From positions 6,634,001 to 6,698,000 of the forward strand of contig NC_047017.1 of assembly GCF_902652985.1 (NCBI RefSeq): 64,000 bases of DNA, given 5' to 3'. Source of the stretch: Pecten maximus. Lineage: Eukaryota. The position numbers were made by a program, and so were the translations under genes. Each line of letters opens with the position of its first letter. Within the stretch, counting starts at the first letter, position 1. This document shows positions 12,499-27,000 of this stretch, one piece after another. The notes under the pieces were generated by a model, which worked only from the letters and a program-made list of their open reading frames with translations, had not been told where the DNA came from and ran no database searches.

Positions 12499-13224
12499 CT
12501 AGAGCACAAAATGATGCCATACACTCACGGTTTACTTAAATATTGGTGGACTGACACATGCCTAGTAAACTTGAGGTAAGTATTTAACATAAATAATTCA
12601 CTCATTGGAGAAGAAAGATTGCAAACATATTTATTTGATTCATAAAAATATGGAATGTTAAAAAAGATGGTTTTAAGATATGAAACTGTTGTTAGTGGAA
12701 CTTTCGTATGCAACTCGTTTACGCAGGAACACAAATAATGAAGGAAGACATTATTTTAGTATCGTGCCCTGAACGGGCATCGAACTCACGACCTACAGGA
12801 ATAATTTATCATGAGAAAAATAGCCACGGCTGCTACCATGTCGATATCTCTAGATGCCTGATATTTTGTCATGCTTAAAGCTGAATATTTATCAGATTAT
12901 GTGAAAACAAAGATCGCAATACCTAGTCAGAGCACGTGACAAAAAGGTCTTCCTTTGACAGTTGTGTGTCAGCTGTATATACATGCTTATCAAAACAATT
13001 TGTCATTTGTATTAAGTTTTGGTAGAAAGGTTTGATAGAAGTACTTAACAAACATATGTATTGCATTGGTCTTGTTACACCCGGATTCTGAGTAAGGTGA
13101 AAACATTACAAAATTTATCATGATATACAATTATAAGTTTGTAATAATTAACATATACGACTATCGTTAGCAAGGAAAACACATGTTTTATCATTACGTA
13201 AATGTATGTTTCAATTTGAATTAC

Positions 13225-13394
13225 CTTTCCGGTGGCTTGGCATACGGAATTCCAAGGAAGACATTGACCTTAGTTTTCTGGTTTCCTATGATCTTACCCA
13301 GTGGTGTACTAACATGAACAGATCTAAACACTTTTGCTTTCAAGCAGGTCCCAGCAAAGACCAGCATCAGGCACAGAAAATACATGGATGCCAT
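13225..13394 (-). CDS. Carboxylesterase-like gene, exon 1 (signal peptide to GIPYAKPP)
   Basis: ATG at 13394; MASMYFLCLMLVFAGTCLKAKVFRSVHVSTPLGKIIGNQKTKVNVFLGIPYAKPPE; donor AG|gtaatt. Confidence 0.9.
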
Positions 13395-13502
13395 CGCGGT
13401 CACTCCACAGGAATCGTCTCAGAGAGTAACTTGTCCTAGATGTCGCGTATTCGTCAAGAAAGGTCTGTGTGTGAGGATGTCCTGGCTGCTCTTTAGCTTT
13501 GA

Positions 13503-13510
13503 CTTATATA
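13503..13510 (-). promoter_or_regulatory. TATA box of the carboxylesterase-like gene
   Basis: Minus strand reads TATATAAG about 110 nt upstream of the ATG. Confidence 0.5.
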
Positions 13511-16500
13511 AGAAGTTTGGGGTCACACATGTTTCAGTACCGGCTGCATCATTATATAAAATTCATCAAAAAATATATTTACAAATTAAGAAAACAGAAC
13601 AGCTTTATCAACCCGTCTGGCACTTTAGAATCTTAATATTATTTTCAAAATGATTAATCTTAAACGATTTTTGATTGACGACGTATTTATCGCCAACATA
13701 TGTTTCCATAAAAAAGGTCCCTATTTTAATATTAACATTTTGTCGTAATGTAATTTTGGGGAAAAGTTAAAGATAACTTAATTGTTAAATGGTTGTTACA
13801 CATTGTATACCACAACAATCAACAGTAATTATCCCTGCACACTCTACATACACAGATGTATTTCCATATCCAAACTAATGGCAACCCCCCCCCCCCCCCC
13901 CCCCCATCATTTGCATCCCTACAATATTGGAACTTAATAAAATAATTAAACTCTATAAACATGTTTGTATTCGTGCCACAGCATTACCTGTCCTCCAAGA
14001 TAAATATGAATCTATTTTTAATTTGCTGAGAACATAAGTTTTAGAGCTATCTTTTTACATTCAAGTTAACAGTATGTTTTGGTGGATAACCTTTCTTCCA
14101 TAGAAATAATGATACAGATGCTATGTTCGTATATAGAGTTTTTCATTTGTATTTTCTATTTTTGATTTGGCATAAAAGGTGTTATTCTATCAATAGCTTT
14201 TTCATGAACACCAACGACATTTCTTTTCCACATTGTCACAATCTTAAAAGGGAAAATGACGAGAGAAGGTAAAATTTGAGAATTTAGAATATCGACTACT
14301 GAAAGTATCCCAAAAGAAATTACGGAAAGCGACAACCGTATCTGACAGGTCATATTGTCATGTCAAGTGAAGGTTCAAAAGTGTTTTGAGGACCAGCCAT
14401 TTGGCTACCATTATACCTTCCTTAAGCACAATATACATCCCTTAATCAATCTTTTGTTCGACAACATACATTATTATTTACTTTCAGATAGTTAGAATCA
14501 CCTAAATAACAAACTATATAAGATATATATTAGTCTATGTTGAAGAACGTCTGATTGTCTAAGTCAGTAAATTCAAACCAGCCAGAACTGTTCATGAAGT
14601 TAGGATATCGTGGACAATCGACTGATTCCTGTTCTCCTCGAAGTATCGGTACAAATCCTCCTCGAATAAGTCCAGGATCATTTGTGGACAGGCGTCAAGC
14701 AGACACCAAGAGTAGAAAAAACAGAATGAAAGTGTCAAACAAGAACAAAAATGAGTAAAACCTGGATATTTTTATCATTTCTTTGTATTGCCTTATTTCC
14801 TTATAATCATCTTTTTTCTATGATTTTCTTTCCTAATGTCTCATTGACTTACATTGTATGACCTAATCTGACACTGACTGATGCGAGGACCCTAAACCTC
14901 ATATTCTTTGAGGGAAAATCCAGTCATTGCCGATACCTATCCCATAGTATTTTAAGAAAATATTATAAGATTTTTATATTTACTTTATGAAATTGTTTTT
15001 ATTGACATTCATAATTTCTTTGTCATTTGCTCTAGTCTTGTTGTTGATTTGCATTTGTTAAAAAAATCATTATTACAATTTAAAACTAATAACTTTCTTT
15101 TAACATTTCTTTTCATATTTACATAAAAAAGTATTTTTTTCTTAATTCTATATTTCTCCTTGTTAGAATAATTATTTTCGTTGTTTTAAAAAAACATTTT
15201 CAGCGGCTCTTTTGTCGGTTCTTCATATCTTCATAACTGGACTATATTATGTGACTATATTTGGGCATGTTGTGTTACACGTTTTTGGTCGCCTCCTTTA
15301 GCATTACTGATGAGCCCTGGAAGTTTGAAACAGCAGCATGGTGCAGTTTTAATTAATTTTCGCTGTAATAGATCTAACACTCAATTAGTTTTGAAAGGTG
15401 CCAACATTTTGTGTGTCATTTGTACAATTCCTTGCATTTTTTTTTTTTTTACTCCAAATGCATTGGTGGCAATTTTTTTTACCGAGCTGATTTGATTAAT
15501 ACTTTACACTGTCATTCTTTTCAATGTGCATCTATCATAGTTGGTACGTGAGGTGTGTGGGAGATCATTACAGCTGGCGTTGCGTCGTGTGGTAGACAAT
15601 ATGCTTATAATAACCGAATTGTAGGCTAGTATTCGTAATGTTTTTGTCAATTTACTCCGCATTTGTACATTAAGACACTTTAATTAGTTACCTCGTTCTT
15701 GTTTGATTAATGTTCTTGTATGTTGTATATTAATTCACAAGCAACCGGATGATGAATAAAAACAATATTTTTTTATAATTCACAAAAATCAAGTCATGTA
15801 TCATCAAATTATTAATTGCTCAATTTAGATAAATTGCTGAAAAATGTTTTCTTCTTTTTCTTTCAGTTTTTAAGCCAAACTTGGTAATTTAGATTGACTG
15901 ATTTTGTCGCATGCCAAAAAGTTACATGACAGAGATAAACTTCTCCTAGCAAGATATAGTCTAATAAGAATATATTTCTACCTCAAACTCATTGCAACAG
16001 AATAGATTTGATATATCTTACAAAATACAGCGACTAATGAACAAAATTATAAATATCTGCAGAAATTTGAATTAGAGAAGGTGTCTTAATAAGCGATTGA
16101 AAATCGTTATATTGGTGCGAGAGCTGTACGGCGTGTACAGTCATATTTCATTAACGGAACTATTTTTTTGTTAGAAAAGTAATTGAAAATAACACGCATG
16201 TTAATGCTTAAAAAATAAAACTTTTCGATCAAATCTGTTATTACCCTGGTTAAAATGACTATTTTGGTGGAGATGTGTGCTTGTTAGGACTCGGTTGTGA
16301 GAACTGTCACAAAAATCTGAAACATCGTTTATCAATCTCTGCTTGTGTCTAAAATTTTGTAAACGTCCTTTAAATGACCTTGATGCCAAACTAATGAACA
16401 ATATGGGATTGATATCAACAACAAGCATTCATTTTATCTTCTTGATGAACAATTTTGGGACAATTATAGAATTCAGAAGATTTTTCAATCGTCTGTTCGC

Positions 16501-17715
16501 AAGTTGCGCTGGACGAAGCTGCCAAGATCGGCATATCTTCGCCAGTGTCTCTAGCCATGTTGTGCTCATCGTAGAAAAGAAATCTTAAACCGGCGCCTGT
16601 CGAAGAGTTACCTACACCGAGGATCCTGAAGAGTATTATGGTATTTTTCGACATACTTTTGGTCCCGGATATGACGCGACAGGTGGCGTTACTGGTCAAG
16701 ATGACGCATGTGATTGGTCAATGTAGTGGTAAATGCAAAATGCAGTTATGCAGTTAAAAACGAAACAAAGTTAAGATTGAATGCAAGCTGAATAAGTGGT
16801 TGTATCTTTTCAAATGACACATTGATAAGATTATATTCCTTATTCAAATGCAGTCTTATTATCACCAAAAATGATTCAAACTGATATAATTTTGTTATCC
16901 GTTGTTGAAGCGCATTAGTTGATTTATTTCACCAGCAGTTTTACATTTTATAACCACCAGCATTAAAACTATGCCGTTTGTCTTTTTTAAAGCTATGTCT
17001 TGTTTGATGTGTCTTTTTATGTTTGTGAGCCAACTGTATAATGCAAACGATCTGTCTGAATTACAATTCAGTCTGGGATGCTTCTGTCACATAGATTTAA
17101 AAGATTTAAAGAATTAATTTCAAATTTCTTATTGTAATTAAATATCAATGTGCTGCTCCCATTGAGATGTGTCTAGTCCAAAACATTTGACACCGATTCC
17201 GACTCTCCGTATCCTCTACCAATCCTTGTATTTACCTAATAAAACACACAAATCTAGCGCTATGAACATGGACGATGGTTTTTATGATAACTGAAGACTT
17301 GTTATCATATTAAATATTCATATGTAGCATTTGATGTCCTTAGTTTTGCACACATACTTCGAAGTTTACTGGACAATAAATACAGTGTGCACAGATATTC
17401 ATGATGCTATTGGGCTTTCGTTAGACACAATCAAAGATGCACCAGACTTGAAGAAGCCGAGGTACATTACGAAGAGAGAACCCAACAATCCACTACATGC
17501 AATCTATCAATGATTTTTTTTTTCAGGTTTGCGTGCATAGTTTTATGTTCCTCTGATAAAACAGTGGTTTGTAAAATACGTTCGTGTTTTGCTTTCGTGC
17601 TCGATGTGACTGGGAATGTAGGTAAGCAACAGACAGTATCTATTTGGTAAAGGTGCATACCAGTCTATGTGTTCAGAATATCATCGTAATATTATTCTCT
17701 AATGGTTATCATTCC

Positions 17716-18520
17716 TGTTGTTTTGTGGCATGTTGAGGCTGTGCTATATGTTTTGTGGTGTGTTGATGCTGTGCTATGTTTTGTGGTGTGTTGATGCTGT
17801 GCTATATATTTTGTGGTGTGTTGATGCTGTGCTATATATTTTGTGGTGTGTTGATGCTGTGCTATATATTTTGTGGTGTGTTGAGGCTGTTCTATATATT
17901 TTGTGATGTGTTGAGGCTGTTCTATATGTTTTGTGGTGTGTTGAGGCTGTGCTATATATTTTGTGGTGTGTTGAGGCTGTGCTATGTTTTGTGGTGTGTT
18001 GAGGCTGTGCTATATATTTTGTGGTGTGTTGAGGCTGTGCTATGTTTTGTGGTGTGTTGAGGCTGTTCTATATATTTTGTGGTGTGTTGAGGCTGTGCTA
18101 TATATTTTGTGGTGTGTTGAGGCTGTGCTATGTTTTGTGGTGTGTTGATGCTGTGCTATATATTTTGTGGTGTGTTGAGGCTGTGCTATATATTTTGTGG
18201 TGTGTTGAGGCTGTGCTATATATTTTGTGGTGTGTTGAGGCTGTGCTATGTTTTGTGGTGTGTTGATGCTGTGCTATATATTTTGTGGTGTGTTGAGGCT
18301 GTTCTATATATTTTGTGATGTGTTGAGGCTGTTCTATATATTTTGTGATGTGTTGAGGCTGTTCTATATATTTTGTGATGTGTTGAGGCTGTTCTATATA
18401 TTTTGTGATGAGTTGAGGCTGTTCTATATATTTTGTGATGTGTTGAGGCTGTTCTATATATTTTGTGGTGTGTTGAGGCTGTGGTATATGTTTTGTTGTT
18501 TAGTCACGCTGTGCTATATG
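17716..18520. repeat. 28/30-bp minisatellite (TTTTGTGGTGTGTTGAGGCTGTGCTATATA), about 27 copies
   Basis: Direct tandem repetition; source of the spurious FCGVLRLCY ORFs. Confidence 0.95.
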
Positions 18521-20495
18521 CCTTATCAATTTTTTTTAAATTTTTTTTTGTCAATTCCCATTGGTTAAAAACAGATAACATGAACACCTATCAAAATAAT
18601 TTTGACCGCTGCTTCTAGAAAAAAAAAGTTTACAAAAACAGTGTATCGTACGGTTATAATTAGAAATCTGTATTAGATAGCTCTAACAAGGTCGCTCAAT
18701 ATCACTGACCGTTTCAAACAAACGTTTCTCTGACCCGGACATACTGTAACCTTTAACGAACGGAGATGGCCGACAAAATTGTCAAACTCATGTGCAACTA
18801 AGTATATATGGACCTTGCCAATAACTACATTCATAAGTTATATAATCATTATATGTACATCAGCCTGATTAATTATCACATTCAAACGAGTATAATGAAA
18901 TACTGATTTTAAGTGTTATATTATCCAACCCATCCCACTTTCTGATTTCCCACAAAATTAAAAAAAAAATGATAAAGCAACTACATGTAATGCATTTAAA
19001 TATCAGTTTATACATGGTTAAATCGACCTCATCAAAATTATATTTTTCATCATGTATATTGATGATTCAGCATATTTTTGGGTTGTGTAGCGACATGTTG
19101 GGGCATGTAACATTGTCAAAGTATATAATCCATTGTTTTGTTTTTGTTAAGGATTTCTGTCTTATTCGTCAAAATAGAGATCCAATTTATAAAAAAAATA
19201 AAAACAAAAGGAAACTTTCAGAGTAACTGGAATGCCATTTTATTTGTAAGTAAACTACGAAAGTGTACAAAGTCGGTACCCTCCTCTCAGGAGGAACCAC
19301 GACGGGAACTCGAAACCCTCCATCCGGCAGCACAAATCATTATAATCAAATACGGAATATAATTACGAGTTTCCTGTAAATAAAAAAAAAATCTATGAAT
19401 GATATTTTATTAACTTTTTCAAATACATCACGACTTCTTTTCATTTTTCAAATTATCCGTCAATTTAGGTGACAGTTGTGTCCCAAATTATACGATGAAT
19501 GACCAAGAGGATTTAGATTTGCTCAATGCGAAAAGATAGAATGATGTGTTGTGTTTGAGGATCCTTCCATTCGGAAAACCTCTTGATAATGCATCTACTT
19601 TTCGTTGCAATCATAATACCGTACTTCGAACTACGAGAATGATTCACAAATACAATTATAATGCTTGTCGCTTTGTTCATTCATGGCAATTACGCGGGGG
19701 AAGACAAAACACATCGCGAATTAATTTTTTTTTATGAATTAAAATGAAATAAGATGATAATTGAAAACTCATTATTGAACAGCATGTCTCAACATTTAAA
19801 CCAATGCCAACGTACAATGTACAATTTATATCATCTCCCCTTAATTTATGATGATGATAATAATAATATTGTATCTACATATACCAGAGAGAGAATTTAC
19901 TGCAGTTGTACAAAAATGCAAAAATGCCAAAAAAAAATGTGGTAGGTATGCCTGCATTGAAATGCAACGTCACATCATGTATAAATTATACAATAAAATA
20001 TTAAAATCGTGTAATAAAACATCCCTCGTTAAATCTTCTCTTTGTGGTAATAAAACCTCCAGCCGTGAAGAAATCGGAAATGAAGATGCTTTAAAATGTT
20101 CACGAAGGAAAAATCCAAAATGGAAATAACTAAATAAGGATGTCAACTCTTCCACGGACTAGATGTTGTAAGAGTTACTTCCCTTAGAACGACATTCTCT
20201 AAATTCTCTAATAATGGTAATACAAAGGTGAAAAAAATCCTCGTTTTCCCCGAAATTATCTTATTGCATAGTATCCAGTGGGATCAATTAATTACGTATT
20301 AATTAGATTAAAATGTTAAATAATTTACTCGAAAAGACAGCTATGTTGTCTGTGCGATTGTAAAGCTACAAGATCAATTGAAGAGAGAAAGAACGATGGA
20401 TAAAAAACAATATGATGACAAGTCTTTGAAATCTCGAGACCAGGTAACGGGTGGTCACGTGACATCATTCCGCTCCAGCAGCTTGGCATGTTATG

Positions 20496-20524
20496 TTACC
20501 GATGTTTCATCATCTGGATGAACT
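20496..20524 (-). CDS. Calmodulin-like gene, last coding exon (EFIQMMKHR*)
   Basis: tttttctttcag|AG TTC ATC CAG ATG ATG AAA CAT CGG TAA. Confidence 0.9.
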
Positions 20525-20974
20525 CTGAAAGAAAAATAATAATAAACGTTATATAAATGTACATTCTGTATAATGTGACTTTTTCGTGGTGAGTTATTTA
20601 CAATCTCATTTTAATTTCACTGATTGTATATTTCACTCAATAATAGAGAAATCCGGAAATATCTTAATTATATATTTTTTTTTATATTAAAATGACATTA
20701 ACATAACCCGTGTAATGAACAATCGATACAATAACACCTCGTTATAAAGTCATCACTATAATGGATCGAGGTTTAGATAGGGCAAAGGAAATATATTCAG
20801 ATAGAGGAGGGAGGGAGTATCTAAATATATTAAATTAAATGTGATTGGACCGTTAGCGAAGACATAAATAAGCAAAAATGATAAAGAAAAGGAACAAAAA
20901 CAAAAAGAAAAGAAAGTCAGAAAGAAAACAAAGAAAACGAGAAAAGTGAAAGAAAGAAAGAAGCAAATACACTG

Positions 20975-21063
<89 letters not shown>

Positions 21064-24000
21064 AGAAAAAACTGAAAAGAATCAGAAAGAAAAAAAAGAA
21101 AAGTAAAAAGGAAAGAAAAAGAAAGAAGGAAAGACGGAGAGAAAGATAGAAACTTGCAAACGATGAAATAAATAAATTTAGAAACGCCGATGGAAACGAA
21201 ATAAATTGAAATCCGATATGGACAGGACATACCCAGGTCCTACTTACCGACGTAATTGATTTGACCGTCACCGTCCAGGTCGGCCGCCTTCATCATATCA
21301 TCTATATCCTTGTCATTAATCCGTTCGCCCATAGACTTGAGTACCTGTCGGAGTTCGGATGCACTGATCACCCCGTCCCCATTCTGGTCCATGGCTTTAA
21401 AGGCGTCTACATATTCCTTTTTTTCTAGATCCGACGTCAATCGTTTAGACATCATTACTAGAAATTCGTTAAATTCGATCGTTCCGTTTCCTGGAATATA
21501 AAGAAAATTAGTTTAGAATTGATTGATAGAAATAAAACAGATTAGAAAGAAATGACTACAGTGTCAAAACGGTCGGGGAACATGGAAAAAATTCAGTTAA
21601 ATTTAAACAAATTAAAAGATGTAAGTAGTGTTATACACAGGCAATATTCCTTCACGTGAATTTCACGTGAAAAAAATTCACGTGAAATTCACGTGTAGAA
21701 ATATTGCCTGTGTATCATAAAAGGTTTTGAAATCTGCTTCTGATAGTTTTGATAAATAACAAAGAAAAATGACAACAAACCTGATTTAACAAGAATACGG
21801 TGTTGAATCTATACAAAATTATGGCATGGATTGGAATAAGTGAAAAACGGATGAGACATTGGTTATTTAAATTGGTATTAGTCAAGGATAACTCCAACAA
21901 CACATGATGTTGCTGAAAGATTGGTTGAACACTAATAGCACGGTAAACGGTTCTTATCGCTACGTCGGAACTGTATTGCATGTTTTAAACTGTTCAGTGG
22001 CGTCGTGAAGATAGATTTTTTTCGACATTCCTGACCATACATAAACAGGTAAATTAACTCATTTTACAATCCAACTCCGAGTTTCCAAACATATCGCGGC
22101 CATATTTGAAATACGAATCACGTGATTAAAGTCTCACAGGAAGTCATTTCCAGCATAAAGAATTAGCCTGGGTCACGCGAGATCTCGTCCGGTCATATGA
22201 ACGCAATAATTACAAATATGGTCACGAAATGTTTGAAAACATGTCAAAGTGTTCATTTTCCTTATTTTGTAGATGTTTCTATTCTAAACTAGTAAGACGT
22301 TTTAATAAAAAGTGCCCGTTAAAGATAGGAATACACACACAACCCAAGTTGCAATGACTGATAATTTAATAAAAAGTTGGGAATTCCTGTCAATGAACAT
22401 TTCAAAATGAAAAAAAAAGAAGTTTGTTTCAAAGATATATTATATCAGAGAAATAGATTACACAAAAAAGGTACAACGCATTTTGTCTATAGGGAAAAAA
22501 CTGCCATGATGTCATGACACCATCGAAGGTGTAATTAGGACCCCAGGCGCCATCTGTAAATCTGTATTTAGGAGAACACAATCAATTCTAATCAGATATC
22601 ATTTTTTTCCCGCCAGACGACTTCGTTCTCACCGACTCTGTGAAGTATACCTCTCCAAGGATCACTCATGTTAAAAATAAGACGCGGAGAAACTTTTTAG
22701 TAATTAAATTATGATCGTCTGTGACGGTATCGGTAACTCTCTAGCGACTATTTATCTTAGGTTGTGTCAATAGTGCGAGTCCTGTCACCGGTGATGTCAA
22801 AGACTAGTACTTTTACCTCGGTGTTGACCTACTGTAAAACAAACATTTTCGTGATTTTTATTTTTTTAATTTTTTTTTCAAGACACGATAATTAAATCAA
22901 TGTAAACATATAGTTTTTATTTTAAACCATCCAATGGGAGTGACGAGCGTGCATTTAAACTTGTGTGTTTTTGAACATTTGTTCAGGCACATCTAAAATG
23001 TAAAATTCGTAAATTCCTTTTTGATTACTCGAAAATAAAGTCTCGCGAATAAGTCTAACGAAGCAGTATATCTACATCGGGAAAAAAAGTCACGATTCGT
23101 AAATATATATAGATTTTTTCGATTGTGCTTTTTTGCGATGGGGTTAATCTTTTCATTTTCATTTGTTCAGTTTGAGGTTCGCTATTTCAAAGAAACCACG
23201 GGGAACAAAATATTCTCCGAGTTGTTCTAAAACAAAACTTTTACTTCGTATACATTATATCGTAGAGATATAATCATAGGGAGAGACTCTATATTTCAGC
23301 TAAAATGAAACATTTTTAACAAGCCGCTGAAATGTCACTGACAATTAAGTAATTTAATATCACTTTCCCTTGTTTCCTCTATTGTGTGACTTTTAGCTTT
23401 GAGGGAATTTGTCATGTGAGCAATATCAATTTGCTTGCAATTGTCAATATTACGGATCGGTAGGCTTTGTTTAATTCTGACAGCATTTTATTGATTTTAA
23501 ACAGAAAATAAACACATTCTACAATTTCTGCACACAATAACGACACTGTGAACATCTTCAGTAAACAATTTCTAGTTTAATTGCGATTTGGTACAATTGA
23601 TTCACTTAAATAAAAATCGCGCATGCCTAATCATGTATCGATGCTCCCAATAGACATTTCCCTGTGTACAAATATAAACCCATCAAAATTCAATATAAAT
23701 GTCCCATCAAAATTGCAAGCAAAGCACATGTCAATATAGACAAATGTTAGATAAGTAGGTTTTTACAAAAACTTCAATCCTATATCTGACGGCTGTCTAA
23801 ATGTTGGTGAAATTTCTACTTAACTAGATACTTTGGTACCAGCTGAATATTTCTCATTTCTCACCTGCCAAAAAAAACTTATTAAAATCATATTTTACAT
23901 TTTGTATGTATGATACGAAACATGGATTGAAGTACAGAAAACATAATGAGTTTGATTTTAATTATATTTCGCCACCTACCGTCCGCGTCCACTTCGTGAA

Positions 24001-27000
24001 TCAAGTCCCGTAACTCTGTATCGGTTGGTGTGTGCCCCATGGACTTGAGTACGACTCCGAGTTCAGAGGCGGTGATTCGACCGTCTCCATCCTTATCGAA
24101 CATGTAGAAGGCCTCACGGAGCTCTGAAACAGAAACAGTCAATTATAATGAATCATGTCAACAATTAGATTTCTGGTTTCTTTCATGCCATGATTCCTTG
24201 TACAAATGACGCACACTCGAAACGTTTTAGTATCATTTCTCTCCGCCTGCCGAGCTTGTTATAACATCAAAGTCAGTGATTTTAACTTATTCTAATTTAC
24301 TCGGAACTCCTCGAACGTAGCTAGATAGATTAGGTTATCCGTCTTAGTACTATTTCTCACCGCTAGGTTGCTCTCATTAATACTAGTACTATGTATTTCC
24401 ATTCGGCAAACTTCGGCTGGGTACAGGAATCTGACAAGGTTTTACGAATGACTAAAGCAGGCAGGTCAACTTAAAGCGCCAACTATATAGCGACTATGAT
24501 TTAACTATAGTAGAAGCGAACTCACTTTGGTTACATGTTATATGCATGTGTAGAGAAACAAAAAGTTACGGGGGCTAAAATTTATTAGAATCCTGGGTAT
24601 ATTGCTGAATATGCATGCAAATTAACTATTTTCCTGTACAGACATATTAGAAACTCAAAAAAAGTAGGTTCTCGTTGAGATGGAAGACATGAGTTCACTG
24701 AAGAGCGTTATTCTTTGTTCAGCATAAGTATTACAGTTACAAAGGGAACAAAGGGCGTCTTCGACCGGAAAGTATGAATGACAACGTTGATCAGCAACAA
24801 GGTTGCCTCTAAATAAGCGATTTCCTAATGTACTAGGGAACAACCAACCAATTGAAAAAATATATTTTTGAAACAGCCCCTGTGTATAGAACGTTGAGCC
24901 AAGGATAAAATGTCTGGCAGCCACTGATTGGCCAGTATGTTATGAAGTGAGAAAATAGATATGTAGCCTGATAGGTAACTATCAATAAGAAATGTTGATA
25001 TAAATTTCTTAAGTCCGATTGGTTTTTTTCCCAAAAGTTCACGTAATAATAGTAAACAGGTAAACATTTAAGATTTTTGAGAATTTTTACTGCGAAATTC
25101 ACCTATTTTCAAAATGGCTACCCTGGAGAAAATTTGAGCTGAAGGACCCAACTTTTTTTTTTGATTAGGTGTTATATCAGACCCTAAACTTTTGTTATAA
25201 ACCATAATCGTCATATTCAATTCAAGAATTTGAATGAAATAATCCAAAACGTTAACACTAAGGTCTATGGGAAAACAATTGGTTGGTTGATCTCTACTAG
25301 CATGGTTTCTTAATCCTGTATGCAGAATATCATTTTTTCTTTCGCCATAGTAATACAAGTTTGGTATCCCAATGAATGGAATTTTGAAAAGCAGAAAATG
25401 ATACACTGTGTCTGATGTTTAAATGCAATATATTCCACTGTCTCATAGTAGAGGGAAAGAAGGGTTGATTAGAGGATTCAAGTCTGTTGTTCAGCAAGTT
25501 ATATTTTCCAGAATTACGGAGATTGTGTTGAGAATTATTAGCAACAACAGGAGGGAGTATGGTGTTCTGATAGTTAGAAGGACAATGTTTGTGCATCTTA
25601 AAAAAACAATTAGAGTTTTCGACGGGATCGTCTCTGGGCTAAAGTCTCCCAACCGTTTTAGTATAGAGTGATTGTCTGCTTGTATAAGAAGTAAAGTTAG
25701 TGACTATGCGGCCAGCCTCGTTGTAATTTTTCTAACCTTTCCCCGTCAGCAATAGAGCAACAGTCCCAAAGATCACAATATTCTAAAACTGGAAGAAGTA
25801 AGGATCTATATATTCTATTTAATGTTCTTCTAGTAAGATTTTGATTTACGAAGGATACCTAAGTGTTTTGCGACTGTTTTCAATGATGTGTTCTATATGA
25901 AAGCTCCACTTACAATTTGTATCGATATATACATGTACTCCTAGATGCATATGATAGTTTACAAATTCAATACTTACATCATAAAAAGTATATCAATCAC
26001 ATGACCTAGTTCACTATTAGAGAAGAGCAATGCCTCAGTTTTTGAAGGATTGAATTTAAGCAAACATTTCTTTCACGATTGTATTTTGGAAAGATAATTA
26101 TTTATGGTATGTTCAATAAGTTACAGAGATTTATCGGAGAATGAAAAAGATGTATCTTCAGCAAAACGTTATGAGAAGCTAATACATTGTCGGTTATATC
26201 ATTAATATATTTTGATGAATAAAAGTGGGCCAAGGATGGAGCCCTGAGAAATCCCACGTAGGATTCGAACTCGCGTCGTGATAAAAATTTATTGAAAGAC
26301 TAACCCATTAGCCCACTCGGCTAAAGTAACCTTTTATAAAACGGGTGAATATTAGATATATAAAATTGTTACAGCCGTGACTCCCGACCGTGCACGAGCG
26401 TGGGTTATTGGAAAATAATACATGGTTTTAAACCAATCAAAACTGGCGTTGCATAGCAAACATGGTAGAATATTATATAATGTACAAAAAAAAAACGTGT
26501 TTCTTATCAGACACATTATCCATCAACCAGTCCAGCAACATGCCTGATATACCATAACTCCTTAGTTTCACTTCCAATCCTCTGTGCCAAAGCCTTGGAA
26601 ATATCACAGAAAACTAGACAGGTAAGTTGTTTTCCCCATATTTTCACATATCTTAAGGTACATTTCTATGAGCTAGGGAACATTGAAATGACCCGAGGCG
26701 TGTTGAGGATTACACGCGCTCGCGTGACAATAAATCGACGATCCTGAACGGTAGCGTGCGCAAGCATGCGCATGAATTCAAAATGGCGGCCTCCATTGTA
26801 TGTAAACAGCGTAAGGTACATTGTGAGGTGATTGTTATTGAAAAAAATCATTTAAAGTGCATGATTGTCGTTATTTTTAACAGTAAATCCTACGAATCGG
26901 AATGACAGTGGTCATCGATTTCACCGGTCACATAAAATGCGTATGATAATCTTCTGTCATCGCTTTTTAAAGTCAGGTTTTTTGTGTTCAATACATTGGA

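Noticed and set aside
20756-21271. 171-aa and 125-aa hydrophobic ORFs
   Set aside because: Artefacts of the (GA)n and purine-rich tract in the last calmodulin-like intron.
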